Shown here in pieces: positions 1-10,606 of a DNA stretch of 64,000 bases. The stretch comes from Gemmatimonadota bacterium (GTDB taxonomy: Bacteria > Gemmatimonadota > Gemmatimonadetes > Longimicrobiales > Gaopeijiaceae). Every line of letters starts with the position of its first letter. The first letter of the stretch is position 1. The notes beneath the pieces were generated by a model. It was not told where the DNA came from and made no database searches. It saw nothing but the letters and a program-made list of their open reading frames with translations. Both the position numbers and the translations under genes were made by a program. The stretch is from positions 18,279-82,278 of the forward strand of contig JAHEKM010000001.1 in the NCBI GenBank assembly GCA_024638325.1, in the 5' to 3' direction.

Positions 1-116
1 GCCGTCTGTGGGGGTGGTTTCGGCTTCCACGGTCGCTCGTCCGGGGGTTGGCGCCTGGAAGATCGACGAGGTGGGGGGAGGGGGCAAACCGCCCGACCCC
101 TCCGCGGGCGGACCGG

Positions 117-635
117 TCAGGTCGCCTTGCGGACCACGCCCAGGATCTCCTGCAGCGTCGTGCGCGCCCGGTCCTTCGCGTACCAGCGCCGCACAACCTT
201 GTATCGCTCGGGCGAAGGCATCGCGAGCCCCTCGCCCAGCACCCACTCCTGGAGCTCGCCCGGCCTCGGGCCCCACCAGCCGATCTCGTTGAACTCCTCG
301 TCGTAGACGATCACCACGGGGATCGAGCGGCTCCTGCCGTTCGTGAGGTGCGTGTCCATGAGGTCGGGGTTGTCGTCGCGGGAGAGGACCCGGAGATCCC
401 AACCGACTTCCTGCGCGAGTCGAGCGACGGCCGGCAGGGTGTTCACCGCGTCCCCGCACCAGTCCTCGGAGATCGCAACGAGGTTCCACGACCCCGGGAG
501 CGCGCCGGCCTCCTCCACGAGTTCGTCCGGGAGGCGGACGCGCTCATGGACGCCGTGCCAGAGGTCACGGTTACGGTCCACGGTCTCGAGGTATTCCTCG
601 AACGTCGGCGCGGCCTGGAAGCGCTTTCGATCCAC
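117..635 (-). CDS. thioredoxin-fold family protein with a single-Cys WCGD motif
   Basis: 172-aa ORF with high GC3. The segment [18 protein letters not shown] sits where the thioredoxin-fold active site normally lies, followed by SIPVVIVYD. Confidence 0.55.
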   Translation of the reverse strand: MDRKRFQAAPTFEEYLETVDRNRDLWHGVHERVRLPDELVEEAGALPGSWNLVAISEDWCGDAVNTLPAVARLAQEVGWDLRVLSRDDNPDLMDTHLTNGRSRSIPVVIVYDEEFNEIGWWGPRPGELQEWVLGEGLAMPSPERYKVVRRWYAKDRARTTLQEILGVVRKAT

Positions 636-663
636 GGGCGTCTGGGGTACCGGACCGCGAGCG

Positions 664-2508
664 TCAGGCGGTCTGGGTGGCCCTCTTGGCCGCCTTCTTC
701 CGCTGCGTCGGATCCAGGACCCGCTTGCGCAGGCGAATCGCGTCGGGGGTGACCTCGATGAGCTCGTCGTCCTCGATGAACTCCAGACCCAGCTCGAGCG
801 TCATTCGGCGGGGAGGCTCGAGCTTGATGTTTTCGTCCGAAGAAGTGGTTCGCATGTTCGTGAGCTTCTTCTCCTTGCTCACGTTCACGTCCATGTCGTC
901 GGTGCGGGCGTTCTCGCCCACGATCATTCCGCCGTACGCTTCGTCCCCCGGCTTCACGAAGAGCGTCGCACGCTCCTGGAGCCCGAAGAGCGCGAAGCCC
1001 ACGGCCTTGCCACCCCGGTCGGCCACCAGCACGCCGCGGGTCCTGCCCTTGATGGGTCCGGCCCAGTTTCCCCACGAGTGGAAGTTGTGGTGCAAGATGC
1101 CCTCACCCCGGGTGTCCGTGAGGAACTCCGAGCGGTACCCGAAGAGGCCGCGGGCGGGGACACGGAAGCGGAGCCGCGTCGCGCCGGAATCGCCCATGGG
1201 GCGCATCTCGGTCATCTCGCCGCGCCTGGAGCCGATCTTCTCGATGACCGTGCCGACGAGGTCGGAGGGGACCTCGACCACCGCTTCTTCGTACGGCTCC
1301 TCGAGCCTGCCCTCGTGCTTGCGGGTGATCACCCTGGGTCGGGACACCTGGAACTCGTACCCCTCGCGCCGCATGGTCTCCATGAGGATCGCGAGATGGA
1401 GCTCCCCGCGCCCGCTCACGGTGAACGTGTCGGGCTGCTCGGTGTCCTCGACTCGCAGGGCCACGTTACGCTCGAGCTCCCTATAGAGCCGTTCACGGAG
1501 CTGGCGGGTGGTGACGTACCGGCCCGACTGACCCGCGAAGGGGGAGTTGTTCACGGTGAAGTCTACGGAGAGCGTGGGCTCCTCGACCGCGATGCCCTCC
1601 ATTCGCTCCGTGTGCTCCGGGTCCGTGAGCGTCTTGCCGATCTCGACGCCCTCGATGCCCGCGAGCGCGACGATGTCGCCCGCGTCGGCCTCCTCGACCT
1701 CGATACGATCCAGGCCACTGAAGACGTACAGCTTGGAGACCTTGGCTTCCTCGATCTCGTCGGGCGCGCTCACGAGGCCCTCGTCGCCGAGCTCCAACAG
1801 GGCGACCCGCTCGCCCACGTGCACGCTGCCCCTCTCCACTCGACCGATGGCGATTCGGCCGACGTAGGGCGAGTGGTCGAGCGTGGAGATCAGCATCTGG
1901 AACGGCCCTTCTGGGTCGACCCTCGGCTCCGGAAAGTACCGGACGATGGTATCGAAGAGCGGCGCCAGGTCGCCGCCACTGGCGTCCGGCTCCACGGCGG
2001 CCCAGCCGTCTCGGCCCACCGCGTAGAGGAAGGGCGCGTCGAGCTGGGCATCGCTCGCGTCCAGGTCCATGAAGAGCTCCAGGACCTCGTCGTGGACCTC
2101 GAGGGGACGCGCGTCCCCGCGGTCGACCTTGTTGATCACGACCAGCGGCTGCAGCCCGAGATCCAGTGCCTTGCGCGTGACGAAGCGCGTCTGGGGCATC
2201 GGCCCCTCGGCGGCATCCACGAGCAGGACGACACCGTCGACCATGCGCAGGATGCGCTCGACCTCGCCACCGAAGTCCGCGTGCCCCGGTGTATCGACGA
2301 TGTTGATCTTCACCCCGTGCCAACTGACCGCGGTGTTCTTCGCCAGAATGGTGATGCCCCGCTCGCGCTCGAGCGGGTTCGAATCCATCACGCGCTCCTG
2401 GATGGCCTGATTCTCCCGGAAGACGCCGGCTTGTCTGAACATCTGGTCGACCAGGGTCGTCTTCCCGTGATCGACGTGCGCGATGATGGCGATGTTGCGG
2501 ATCTGCAT
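664..2508 (-). CDS. typA: translational GTPase TypA/BipA
   Basis: [22 protein letters not shown] (G1), [12 protein letters not shown] (G3) and NKVDR (G4) are present, with a BipA-type C-terminus. The ORF-track start at 2607 was trimmed to the ATG at 2508 (614 aa). Confidence 0.95.
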   Translation of the reverse strand: MQIRNIAIIAHVDHGKTTLVDQMFRQAGVFRENQAIQERVMDSNPLERERGITILAKNTAVSWHGVKINIVDTPGHADFGGEVERILRMVDGVVLLVDAAEGPMPQTRFVTRKALDLGLQPLVVINKVDRGDARPLEVHDEVLELFMDLDASDAQLDAPFLYAVGRDGWAAVEPDASGGDLAPLFDTIVRYFPEPRVDPEGPFQMLISTLDHSPYVGRIAIGRVERGSVHVGERVALLELGDEGLVSAPDEIEEAKVSKLYVFSGLDRIEVEEADAGDIVALAGIEGVEIGKTLTDPEHTERMEGIAVEEPTLSVDFTVNNSPFAGQSGRYVTTRQLRERLYRELERNVALRVEDTEQPDTFTVSGRGELHLAILMETMRREGYEFQVSRPRVITRKHEGRLEEPYEEAVVEVPSDLVGTVIEKIGSRRGEMTEMRPMGDSGATRLRFRVPARGLFGYRSEFLTDTRGEGILHHNFHSWGNWAGPIKGRTRGVLVADRGGKAVGFALFGLQERATLFVKPGDEAYGGMIVGENARTDDMDVNVSKEKKLTNMRTTSSDENIKLEPPRRMTLELGLEFIEDDELIEVTPDAIRLRKRVLDPTQRKKAAKRATQTA

Positions 2509-2754
2509 ATGTCGAGCGGGCTTGCCCGCCTGGGTCCTGAGGGTGTGACCGCCGCGGCTGCGACAGCATATAAAGCTAACGGAACGCGAGGCGGAGACTA
2601 ACCACATGGGCGAAAGGCGCGGCCAGGCCGGGTGCCTCGGCCATGTCGGTGTCAGGCCCGTGCACCACCCTCATCGAGAAAAGGCTTGCGGCGGAACCCG
2701 GCCCGAGATGATTCGTGTAGGAGCGGTGGTAGTGGATTTCGGAGGATGGGGACG

Positions 2755-3471
2755 ATGATTCTACCCACGATTCGAGCATCGTTTTCGCGACGCGACGTCC
2801 TCCACCTGGTACGGTTGCTGGGTCGAGGGGACGACGAGTTGCGGCGCGGCGCCGAGCAGCGCCTCGATGAGGAGGGCCCCGACGCCATCCTCGACGACCC
2901 GCGCATTCTCAACGCGCTGCTCACTTCCACCGACGCTTCGGCGCCCACGAACCTGGTCTTCTACGTGCTCGTGCGGCACGCGCTGCTCGAGGTCGGGATC
3001 GACGATCGGGGCACGGCCGACTACGTCGCGTCCATGCTCGTCGCGTTCGGGCAGTCCGGACGGGCCTACCGCCCCAGCGATCACGCGCCCGAGGAGTACC
3101 ATTACCTGGTCGACATGGTCGCGCGGCTCGCTGACGCAGACCGACGCGAGGCCTTCCTGCTGCGCTCGCACCTGGGCAACTTCTCGCTCTGGCTCTCGGG
3201 CCTCTTTCCGGACTACCTGGCGGCGCGGGTGCGGCGCCGGGGCGCCCCGGACATCGGCTACTACGAGCAGATGGGCACCACCGGGTATCAGCTGGCCGCG
3301 AGGAGTCCCGAGGCCAAGACACTCGGCCTGGATGGGGTTCTCGGCGACGTGGCGAGCCACTTCAAGGGCGTGCGGACGGCCCTGAACCTGGTCTCGGACC
3401 GATATCTGTGGCCGGGGTCTGGCGATCCTGTGAACCGGCTACTGAGGGAGGTCGTAGCCAGAACGGGCTGA
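2755..3471 (+). CDS. conserved hypothetical protein
   Basis: High-GC3 frame. GGAGGA at 2741-2746 lies 8 nt before the ATG at 2755; an alternative ATG is at 2746. No motif recognised. Confidence 0.5.
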   Translation: MILPTIRASFSRRDVLHLVRLLGRGDDELRRGAEQRLDEEGPDAILDDPRILNALLTSTDASAPTNLVFYVLVRHALLEVGIDDRGTADYVASMLVAFGQSGRAYRPSDHAPEEYHYLVDMVARLADADRREAFLLRSHLGNFSLWLSGLFPDYLAARVRRRGAPDIGYYEQMGTTGYQLAARSPEAKTLGLDGVLGDVASHFKGVRTALNLVSDRYLWPGSGDPVNRLLREVVARTG

Positions 3472-3505
3472 GGGTCTCCTCGGACGAGCGGCGCCCGCCG
3501 GGGCG

Positions 3506-4582
3506 TCAGCCGGCCCGGCGACCCACCAGCGGAATCGAGCCCACGAGTGCGTCCCAGGCCCGCTGGAAGTCCTCGCGGGCGGGGTCGCCCACAGCGGGAC
3601 GCCGCACCGCCTCGACAACGAAGGCGAGCACGACGCCGGCCATGCCACCCAGCACGAGTCCGAGCGCGATGGCCAGCAGGAGGCTCCGGTCGTCCGGCCC
3701 GGGGGGTAGATGGGGAGCCTGGAGAACCGTGATCACCGGAGTGTCGCGCACCTCGGCGATCCGCGCCTCGTCCAGCGCCTGCACGAGGCCGGTGTAGACC
3801 TGCTGCCGAAGCGCGATGTCGCGCGCGTAGCGCTCCTGCTGAAACGTCAGTTCGGGCGAATCCTCGAACCTGCGGTTGGCCTGGAGGAAGCCCTCCATGC
3901 GTGCCTCGGCCTGCAGGAGCGCGGCTTGGGCACTGTCCACCCGTGCCTCGATGAAGACCCGCTCGGCCATGGCTTGGGATCGCCTCGTCTCCAGGTTGAA
4001 GACCTGGATCTCGGCCAATAGTCGATCCGCGATCGCCTTGGACAGATCGGGCCACTCGGTCGTGACGCCGACGGTGAGAATGCCCGTCTCTCGACCGGTC
4101 TGGATCGAAATCAGGTCGTCGCGCAGCCCCTCGATGGCCTCCTCGACCCGAAGCTCCTCGGTGTCCTCCTCGATCTCCAGCAGGTCCACGAGCGGCACCG
4201 AGCCGACACCCTCGACCGTGTAGCTCCGGTCGGCCACCCGGTGGAGGATCTCGCGAGACACCAGGAGCTCGGCGTAGAAGGCCGGGCTCAGCTCTTCGCC
4301 CCCGACCCCCGGGACGTTGACCCCGAACTGACCAGCCAAAGCGAGGAGCTGAGACGCGGACGCCTCGGATCCCTGCGGCCGGAACGAAGCCTGGGTCGTG
4401 AATTCCTCGGCGGCGAGCAGCGTGTACGCTACGGCGGCGGCGACGCACAGCAGCGTGGTGAGCACGATTGTCCCGCGGCGACGAAGCAGCACCGCGAGTA
4501 CCTCCCACAGGGAGATCTCGTCGTCGAGCGGACGGCTCGCGGTCGCCGCTCCGCTTCCCATCTGCTGAGAATCGCTCGTCAT
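3506..4582 (-). CDS. polysaccharide chain-length determinant (Wzz/GumC-like) protein, no kinase domain
   Basis: N-terminal TM (LWEVLAVLLRRRGTIVLTTLLCVAAAVAY), long coiled-coil periplasmic region and C-terminal TM (LLLAIALGLVLGGMAGVVLAFVV). The ORF-track start at 5200 was trimmed to the ATG at 4582. Confidence 0.65.
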   Translation of the reverse strand: MTSDSQQMGSGAATASRPLDDEISLWEVLAVLLRRRGTIVLTTLLCVAAAVAYTLLAAEEFTTQASFRPQGSEASASQLLALAGQFGVNVPGVGGEELSPAFYAELLVSREILHRVADRSYTVEGVGSVPLVDLLEIEEDTEELRVEEAIEGLRDDLISIQTGRETGILTVGVTTEWPDLSKAIADRLLAEIQVFNLETRRSQAMAERVFIEARVDSAQAALLQAEARMEGFLQANRRFEDSPELTFQQERYARDIALRQQVYTGLVQALDEARIAEVRDTPVITVLQAPHLPPGPDDRSLLLAIALGLVLGGMAGVVLAFVVEAVRRPAVGDPAREDFQRAWDALVGSIPLVGRRAG

Positions 4583-4798
4583 GTCCGGGGTGCCGGGGTG
4601 CGCTCTGGCGCCCTGAATGGCGCGCCCGGAGTATCGCCGCCGCACAATCGACCAGCAACCGCGCCACAGCCGCCCATGCGAGAAGCGGGGGGGGCGCAGC
4701 CGCGTCGAGCTCGGGTTCGGACGCGCGCAACTTGACGGACCTTCCTGGTGACCGTCACCGTCAGCGCTCTCGCTACGACTTCCTTGGAAGGACTCGAC

Positions 4799-7018
4799 AT
4801 GCACACCTCCCGGCCCTCGTGGCTTCTGCTCCGCCTGGCTCTGGTCTCGCTGCCCCTCGCGTCCGCGTGTGCGACCGCGGACGCCGAGGATACGACCGGG
4901 GCTCTCGGAGCCACCGAGATACGGGTCGAGGCCGTCTCGACGCGGGCTCACCTCGTGACGGGGGGCGACGTGCTCGTGCGGGTGGACGTCGGCACGGACC
5001 TGGAGGCGTCGGAGGTGAGGCTGCGCGCCGGGGGGCGGGACGCTCCTCTCCGGCAGGCGCCCGACGGGACGCTGACCTCGTTGGTGTCCGGGCTGCCCGA
5101 CGGCCACAGCCGGATCGAGGCAGCCATCCCGGGCGGGCCCAGCGCAACGCTCACCGTGACGAGCTACCCCGTCACTGGGCCGATCATCTCGGGTCCGCAC
5201 CAGTCGCCGTATCTGTGCCAGACACGGGACTTCGAGCTCGCCACTGGCGAGCCGCTAGGGCCGGCGCTCGATGAGGACTGCTCGATCGAGACCCGCGTGG
5301 ACTACGTCTACCTGTCGAGCGTCGACGGCGAGTTCAAGACGTATCCACTGGGCGCGGCCGGACCGGACGACGTCGCACGGGCGACGACGTTGGACGGCTT
5401 CGACGTACCGTTCATCGTGCGCGTGCAGACCGGCACGGTGAACCGCGCGATCTACCAGAGCGCCATCCTTCACGACCCGTCGAATCCCGCCCCGGACGCC
5501 TGGACCCGTAGTCGCGGGTGGAACGGCAAGCTGGTCTATACGCACGGCGGTGGCTGTCGCAACGGATGGTTCCGCCAGGGCTCGAGTGCAGGTTCAGTCC
5601 TGAACGAGGGGCTCCTGGCGATGGGCTTCGCGGTCACCTCGTCGTCGCTCAACGTGTTCGGCAACAACTGCAACGACCTGCTCGCGTCCGAGACCCACAT
5701 CATGGTCAAGGAGCGCTTCGTCGAGAGCTACGGCGCGCCGCTTTACACGATCGGCACCGGTGGGTCGGGTGGGTCGTACCAGAGCCATCAGACAGCCGAC
5801 AACTACCCGGGTGTCTTCGACGGCATCATCGTCTCGTCGTCGTTCCCGGACGTGACCTCGGCCACCATCTTCACGCTCGCAGATTCGCGGCTCCTCTGGC
5901 ACTATTTCAACGAGGTCGCGCCGGGCGCCTTCACGCAGGAGGAGCAGCGGCTCGTGTCGGGCTTCGGCTCGCATGGTAGCATCGCCAACCTGAGCCGGGG
6001 CGCGGCCCGCATCGACCCCACGTTCGACCCGGCGGCACCGCCTGAGGTGCAGGGCTCGGAGGTCGCGGGCCTCGAAGCACTCGTGGCGCTGCGGTACAGC
6101 CCGACCAACCCGGACGGGATTCGCGCAACGGTCTACGACCATACGGTCAACGTGTACGGCTACGACGAGTCCGCGGGCGGCGCTGCGCGCCCGCTCGACA
6201 ACCATGGTGTGCAGTATGGTCTCGAGGCTCTGCAGGCAGGCGCCATAACCAAGACGCAGTTCCTCGCCCTCAACCGCGACATCGGGGGCTTCGACGGGGA
6301 CCTGAACCACGTGACCGAGCGGCACCGGGCGGACCCGACTGCGACGCGGCGCGCGATCGACACGGGACGCGTCCTCTTCGGTGGCGCTGGATTGGCGTCG
6401 ACGCCGGTCATCGACTACCGCAGCTACACGGATCACCGGGAGGGTGGTGACATCCACATGATCGTCCATCAGTTCACGACGCGGTCGCGGCTCGAGAAGG
6501 CCAACGGGCACGCGGACAACCACATCATGAACGTGGGTGGGGCGTGGGGCTTCAGCGAGGAGCGCCCGGACCTGGGCGACCTCTTCCGCTCCATGGATAC
6601 GTGGCTGATGACGCTGTTGGAGGGCGACGACTCGGGTGTGTCACGCGCGGAGCGGGTGGTCGACTCCAAGCCGGAGGACTTGGTCGACAACTGCTGGGAC
6701 ACCTCCGGGGAGCCCCGCCGCAACATCCGAGAGCCGCTCTCGTTCGACGGCTCCGGAGCGTGCGCCGACCTCTACCCCGCGTATCCGACGCCGAGACATG
6801 TGGCCGGTGCTCCGCTGGCCAACGACATCGTCAGCTGCCAGCTGAGGCCGCTGGACCGGGCCGACTACGGCGTCGAGTTCACCGCGGCGGAGTGGTCCGA
6901 GCTCCAAGCGATCTTCCCAGAGGGCGTGTGTGACTGGGCGAAGGGCGACGCCCACGCTCAGGGCTACCAGGGAACGTGGCTCTCTTTCGGGCCGTCCCCG
7001 GTGAACCGAGCGCGGTAG
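4799..7018 (+). CDS. secreted lipoprotein, alpha/beta-hydrolase-like (tannase/feruloyl-esterase-like or DUF6351-like)
   Basis: Signal peptide with lipobox (LVSLPLASAC) and a GTGGSGGSYQ nucleophile-elbow-like G-x-S-x-G. Start trimmed to the ATG at 4799. The family assignment is from memory only. Confidence 0.45.
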   Translation: MHTSRPSWLLLRLALVSLPLASACATADAEDTTGALGATEIRVEAVSTRAHLVTGGDVLVRVDVGTDLEASEVRLRAGGRDAPLRQAPDGTLTSLVSGLPDGHSRIEAAIPGGPSATLTVTSYPVTGPIISGPHQSPYLCQTRDFELATGEPLGPALDEDCSIETRVDYVYLSSVDGEFKTYPLGAAGPDDVARATTLDGFDVPFIVRVQTGTVNRAIYQSAILHDPSNPAPDAWTRSRGWNGKLVYTHGGGCRNGWFRQGSSAGSVLNEGLLAMGFAVTSSSLNVFGNNCNDLLASETHIMVKERFVESYGAPLYTIGTGGSGGSYQSHQTADNYPGVFDGIIVSSSFPDVTSATIFTLADSRLLWHYFNEVAPGAFTQEEQRLVSGFGSHGSIANLSRGAARIDPTFDPAAPPEVQGSEVAGLEALVALRYSPTNPDGIRATVYDHTVNVYGYDESAGGAARPLDNHGVQYGLEALQAGAITKTQFLALNRDIGGFDGDLNHVTERHRADPTATRRAIDTGRVLFGGAGLASTPVIDYRSYTDHREGGDIHMIVHQFTTRSRLEKANGHADNHIMNVGGAWGFSEERPDLGDLFRSMDTWLMTLLEGDDSGVSRAERVVDSKPEDLVDNCWDTSGEPRRNIREPLSFDGSGACADLYPAYPTPRHVAGAPLANDIVSCQLRPLDRADYGVEFTAAEWSELQAIFPEGVCDWAKGDAHAQGYQGTWLSFGPSPVNRAR

Positions 7019-7022
7019 CCAC

Positions 7023-7976
7023 TCAGTCACCCAGGACGTACGAGAAGATCAGCGGCGCGACGATCGCCGCGTCGGAATTGATGTCGAAGCGCGGGGTGGC
7101 GCTCGTCAGCTTCCCCCACGTGATCTTCTCGTTTGCCGGAGCGCCCGAGTAGCCTCCGTACGACGGCCGCGCGTCGGTGATCTGACAGAAGTAGCCCCAA
7201 TACGGGACCTCGCGCTTCAGGTCCTGGCTGATGCAGGGCACGGCGCATATGGCGAAGTCCCCGGCGATACCACCGCCGATCTGGAAGAAGCCCACCGAAG
7301 GGTGCGTGCCGTCCCCATGGTTCTCCAGGTACCACTCGATGAGGGCGTGGAACTGCTCGGTGCCCGACTTCACGCACTGGTGGTCTGAAAGGGTCCGGTT
7401 GATCACGTTCGCGGCGAAGATGTTGCCTGTCGTCGAGTCCTCCCACCCGGGGGCCCACACAGGAATCCCCGCTTCTTTCGCGGCGAGCATCCATGAGTTC
7501 GCAGGATCGATCTGGTAGTGCTCGATCAGCGTCTCGTCGTCCAGCACCTCGAACAGGAACTCGGCCGGCGTCTTCCGGACTCCGGCCTTCCCTGCCCGAC
7601 TCCAGCACCCCACCAGCCGCGACTCGAGGTGTCGCATGACCGTCTCCGGGATGCACGTGTCGGTGACGCGGTTCATGCCCCGCTCGTAGAGCGCTTCCTC
7701 GTCGGCCGCCGAAAGCTCCCGCCACGAGCGCACGATCTCGTAGTCGTCGTGGGCGAGAAGGTTGAAGACGTCCTCCTCCAGGTTGGCGCCCGTGCACGAG
7801 ATCGCGTGCACGTGACCCGCGCGGATCATCCTGGCGAGCACGATCCCGAATTCGCCCGTCGACATTGCACCCGCCATGGCAACCAGCATCTTGCCACCTG
7901 CGGTGACGTGCGCCTCGTACGCCTTCGCCGCGTCGAGCACCTCACGAGCGTTGAAGTGCAGGTAGTGCGTCTCCAT
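7023..7976 (-). CDS. deoxyhypusine synthase-like protein
   Basis: METHYLHFNAREVL..., GAMSTGEFG, ISCTGANLEED and FFQIGGGIAGDF are typical of the DHS family (NAD-binding Rossmann). Start trimmed from 8207 to the ATG at 7976 (317 aa). Confidence 0.75.
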   Translation of the reverse strand: METHYLHFNAREVLDAAKAYEAHVTAGGKMLVAMAGAMSTGEFGIVLARMIRAGHVHAISCTGANLEEDVFNLLAHDDYEIVRSWRELSAADEEALYERGMNRVTDTCIPETVMRHLESRLVGCWSRAGKAGVRKTPAEFLFEVLDDETLIEHYQIDPANSWMLAAKEAGIPVWAPGWEDSTTGNIFAANVINRTLSDHQCVKSGTEQFHALIEWYLENHGDGTHPSVGFFQIGGGIAGDFAICAVPCISQDLKREVPYWGYFCQITDARPSYGGYSGAPANEKITWGKLTSATPRFDINSDAAIVAPLIFSYVLGD

Positions 7977-8090
7977 GAAGTCGCCGATCGCGCCCAATCT
8001 TCTCTCCGTGTTTTTTGGTGGGTTCGACAGTCTATCCCCAACGCAGAGCGCTGGCGATGCGCCGAGCGAGCGGGGTATGATGGCCGCCCC

Positions 8091-8852
8091 ATGTCCAAGT
8101 CCCATCCGCACCTGACCCTCGACGGGACCGTCGCCCGCCTCGTGCTCGACCGGCCCGAGCGACACAACTCCCTCGAGGCCGCCGACCTGCTGCGGTTTCG
8201 CGAGCACCTGGCCAGCGTCGAAGTAGACGAGTCGGTTCGTGTCCTCGTCCTCACGGGCACCGGAGAGAAGACGTTCTGCTCGGGCGCTTCACTGGATCAG
8301 ATCGAGTCCGGCGAGATGTCGGGTCGCATCTTCGAGACCCTGACTGAAGACCTCGCCTCGTCCAGGGTACCGTCGATTGCTGCACTCAACGGGAGCGTAT
8401 ACGGCGGTGGTGTCGAGCTGGCCTTGTGCTGTGACTTCCGCATCGGGGTCACCGGCAGCCGCATGTCGGTCCCGGCCTCGCGCCTCGGTATCTGCTATCC
8501 GGTCAGCGGGCTCGAGCGCTACGTCCGCACAGTCGGACCCGATGTGGCGCGACGCATCATGCTCGCGGGCGAGGAGCTCGACGCGGAAGAGATGCTGCAT
8601 GTGGGGTTGCTTCACCGCTTGGTGAAGCCCGAAACGCTCGAGCGCGAGACGTCGGAGCTGGCACAGACCCTGGCCGCGGGGGCCCCCCTCGCGCTGCAGG
8701 CCATGAAGCGCATCCTGCGGGAGCTCGCGCTCGGCACTCTGGACCGCCAAGAAGCCGACCGCCTGGTTAGCCAGTGCGAGACGTCCGAGGACCTGGCGGA
8801 AGGACTCGCCGCGCGCCGGGAGGACCGCGCCCCGGAGTTCCGTGGTCGCTGA
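8091..8852 (+). CDS. enoyl-CoA hydratase/isomerase family protein
   Basis: Crotonase-fold motifs are present: VLVLTGTGEKTFCSGASL and ALNGSVYGGGVELALCCDFRI. Start trimmed to the ATG at 8091 (253 aa). Confidence 0.85.
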   Translation: MSKSHPHLTLDGTVARLVLDRPERHNSLEAADLLRFREHLASVEVDESVRVLVLTGTGEKTFCSGASLDQIESGEMSGRIFETLTEDLASSRVPSIAALNGSVYGGGVELALCCDFRIGVTGSRMSVPASRLGICYPVSGLERYVRTVGPDVARRIMLAGEELDAEEMLHVGLLHRLVKPETLERETSELAQTLAAGAPLALQAMKRILRELALGTLDRQEADRLVSQCETSEDLAEGLAARREDRAPEFRGR

Positions 8853-10560
8853 GCGCGGAGCAGCGGAGCTGGAGGCGATCCTGGCCCGGATCGACGGACG
8901 GGGGTACAAGGCGTACAAGACCCTCGAGGGGCCGTGGCGCTACCCGCGATGGGTGCTGCATGTCGACCACGTGCAGGGTGATCCGTACGCCGCTCCCACG
9001 CGGGTGCGTGTGATCCTCGAGCCCGAGGTCGCCGGCCTGGAGCCGTCCGCCTATCGCACCCTTTCGAGGGCGATCGGCACCGCGGCGCACCTCGCCCGCG
9101 CCTTCGCCCGCGCGACCGACGCGGCGTCGAAGTCGCGTGGGACGGGCAAGAGCGGTCAGTTCCGCATGGAGCACCCTGGGCAGAAGGTCATGCGGCAAAC
9201 CGCGGTGCTCGTCGGCTCGTCGGGTCGGGTGGAGGCCCGATTCACGGTGGGGCTCCCGGCCGACGGCCGGCGCGTGAAGGGTCCCGCGGCCGCGGCGATG
9301 ATGACGAACGACGTGCCGAGCCTGGTCGAATCGAGCCTACTCGCTGCCGCGCACGACGCCTCGGACATCGAGCGGTCGGCCGCCACGAACGAGGACGCCG
9401 ACGCCCTTCGCGACATGCTCCGTGCGCTGGAGCTGGTCGCCTTCGTGGGGGAGGGTGCGCTTCTACCTCGTCTCAGCGGAATCGACGACCGCCCACTCCC
9501 CGCGGGGGAGGCCGTACCCTTCCGGTCACCGGAGTCGTTGCGCCTGGAGGTCGAGCTTCCGAACGCGGGTAGGGTGAGCGGAATGGGCGTCGGGGAGGGC
9601 GTCACGCTCATCGTCGGCGGGGGCTTCCACGGAAAGAGCACGCTCCTGCGCGCCCTCGAAGCCGGCGTGTACAACCACCGCCCAGGGGACGGCAGAGAGC
9701 TCGCCGTGTCGCGCACGGATGCCGTGAAGGTCCGGGCGGAGGACGGACGGGCCGTCGCCGGTGTCGATATCTCGGGCTTCATCGACGGGCTGCCGCGGGG
9801 CCGCGACACGCACGCGTTCACTTCATCCAACGCCTCGGGCTCCACCAGCCAGGCCGCCGCGATCGTGGAGGCGCTCGAGGCGGGCTGCCTCCTCCTCCTG
9901 ATCGACGAGGACACGTCCGCCACGAACTTCATGATCCGGGATCGAAGGATGCAGCAACTGGTCCCGTCCGACCGCGAGCCCATCACCCCCTTCGTCGACC
10001 GGGTGCGAGACCTGTACGAGCGCTCCGGCGTGAGCTGCGTTCTCGTCATCGGCGGAAGCGGCGACTATCTGGACGTCGCGGATCGGGTGATCCGCATGGT
10101 CGAGTACGTGCCCGAGGACGCGTCGGAGGAGGCCCGCTCTGTAGCGGCACGCCTCCCCACGGGCCGGACGTCGGAGCGGAGCGGTGCGCCGGCTAGGCCC
10201 GACGTGAGGCGCCTGGTCCGAGGGTCCCTCGATCCGAGCCTACGGCAGCGGGCCGTGTACGTGAGGGTACCCGACGAGCGTACACTTCTCTTCGGCCCCG
10301 AGACGATCGACCTCGTGGCGGTCGAGCAGTTGGTCAGCCGCGCGCAGGTGCGCGCAATCGGGCAGGCGCTCGCCTACGTCGCCGATCTCGTGGCCAGCAA
10401 GGCTCTGGAAGTGCCGGACGCGCTGGACGCCGTGGAGTCGGCGATCCGCGAAGGCGGCCTGGACGCATTGGAGCCGTGGCTCGTCGGCGATCTGGCGGAG
10501 TTCCGTCGCTTCGAGCTGGCTGCTGCCCTGAACCGGATGCGCGCGCTACGGGCGGAGTAA
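8842..10560 (+). CDS. ABC-class ATPase domain protein (PF09818-like)
   Basis: 572 aa with a GTG start overlapping the previous stop by 11 nt. N-terminal IDGRGYKAYKTLEG...HVDHVQGDPYAAP, Walker A-like GGGFHGKSTLL and Walker B-like LLLIDEDTSATNF. Confidence 0.75.
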   Translation: MVAERGAAELEAILARIDGRGYKAYKTLEGPWRYPRWVLHVDHVQGDPYAAPTRVRVILEPEVAGLEPSAYRTLSRAIGTAAHLARAFARATDAASKSRGTGKSGQFRMEHPGQKVMRQTAVLVGSSGRVEARFTVGLPADGRRVKGPAAAAMMTNDVPSLVESSLLAAAHDASDIERSAATNEDADALRDMLRALELVAFVGEGALLPRLSGIDDRPLPAGEAVPFRSPESLRLEVELPNAGRVSGMGVGEGVTLIVGGGFHGKSTLLRALEAGVYNHRPGDGRELAVSRTDAVKVRAEDGRAVAGVDISGFIDGLPRGRDTHAFTSSNASGSTSQAAAIVEALEAGCLLLLIDEDTSATNFMIRDRRMQQLVPSDREPITPFVDRVRDLYERSGVSCVLVIGGSGDYLDVADRVIRMVEYVPEDASEEARSVAARLPTGRTSERSGAPARPDVRRLVRGSLDPSLRQRAVYVRVPDERTLLFGPETIDLVAVEQLVSRAQVRAIGQALAYVADLVASKALEVPDALDAVESAIREGGLDALEPWLVGDLAEFRRFELAAALNRMRALRAE

Positions 10561-10606
10561 GCCGGCCCGCCGCAGCGGCGCCGCGGCCCGGGCCGGTGGT
10601 ACGGCT

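Noticed and set aside
2375-2386. GGGTTCGAATCC, a tRNA T-arm-like 12-mer.
   Set aside because: It lies inside the typA coding frame and has no flanking acceptor, D or anticodon stems. I found no tRNA in any intergenic region.
343-2601. 752-aa plus-strand ORF antisense to typA. Similar very long ORFs occur at 3288-4730(-), 23002-24195(+), 24192-25898(+), 40388-42091(-), 43334-45109(-), 56081-57313(-) and 57945-58964(-).
   Set aside because: They are shadow ORFs typical of high-GC DNA. They are rich in Arg/Gly/Ala/Pro/Asp/His low-complexity sequence, have no recognisable motifs, and each fully overlaps a gene with clear family signatures on the other strand or frame.
3506-5200. N-terminally extended ORF-track models. 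Examples are 3506-5200, 7023-8207, 7518-8852, 39087-40127, 45007-45690, 45048-46154, 45917-46864, 46699-48333, 48170-48970, 48628-49524, 48984-50021 and 50757-51974.
   Set aside because: The extensions are Arg/Pro-rich, overlap the preceding gene in another frame, and precede obvious signal peptides or conserved N-termini. The real starts coincide with ATGA, GTGA or TTGA stop/start overlaps.
10561-10600. GC-rich imperfect inverted repeat between the convergent genes at 10560 and 10607.
   Set aside because: The arms do not align cleanly (multiple mismatches or bulges) and there is no U-tract, so I cannot support a terminator call.
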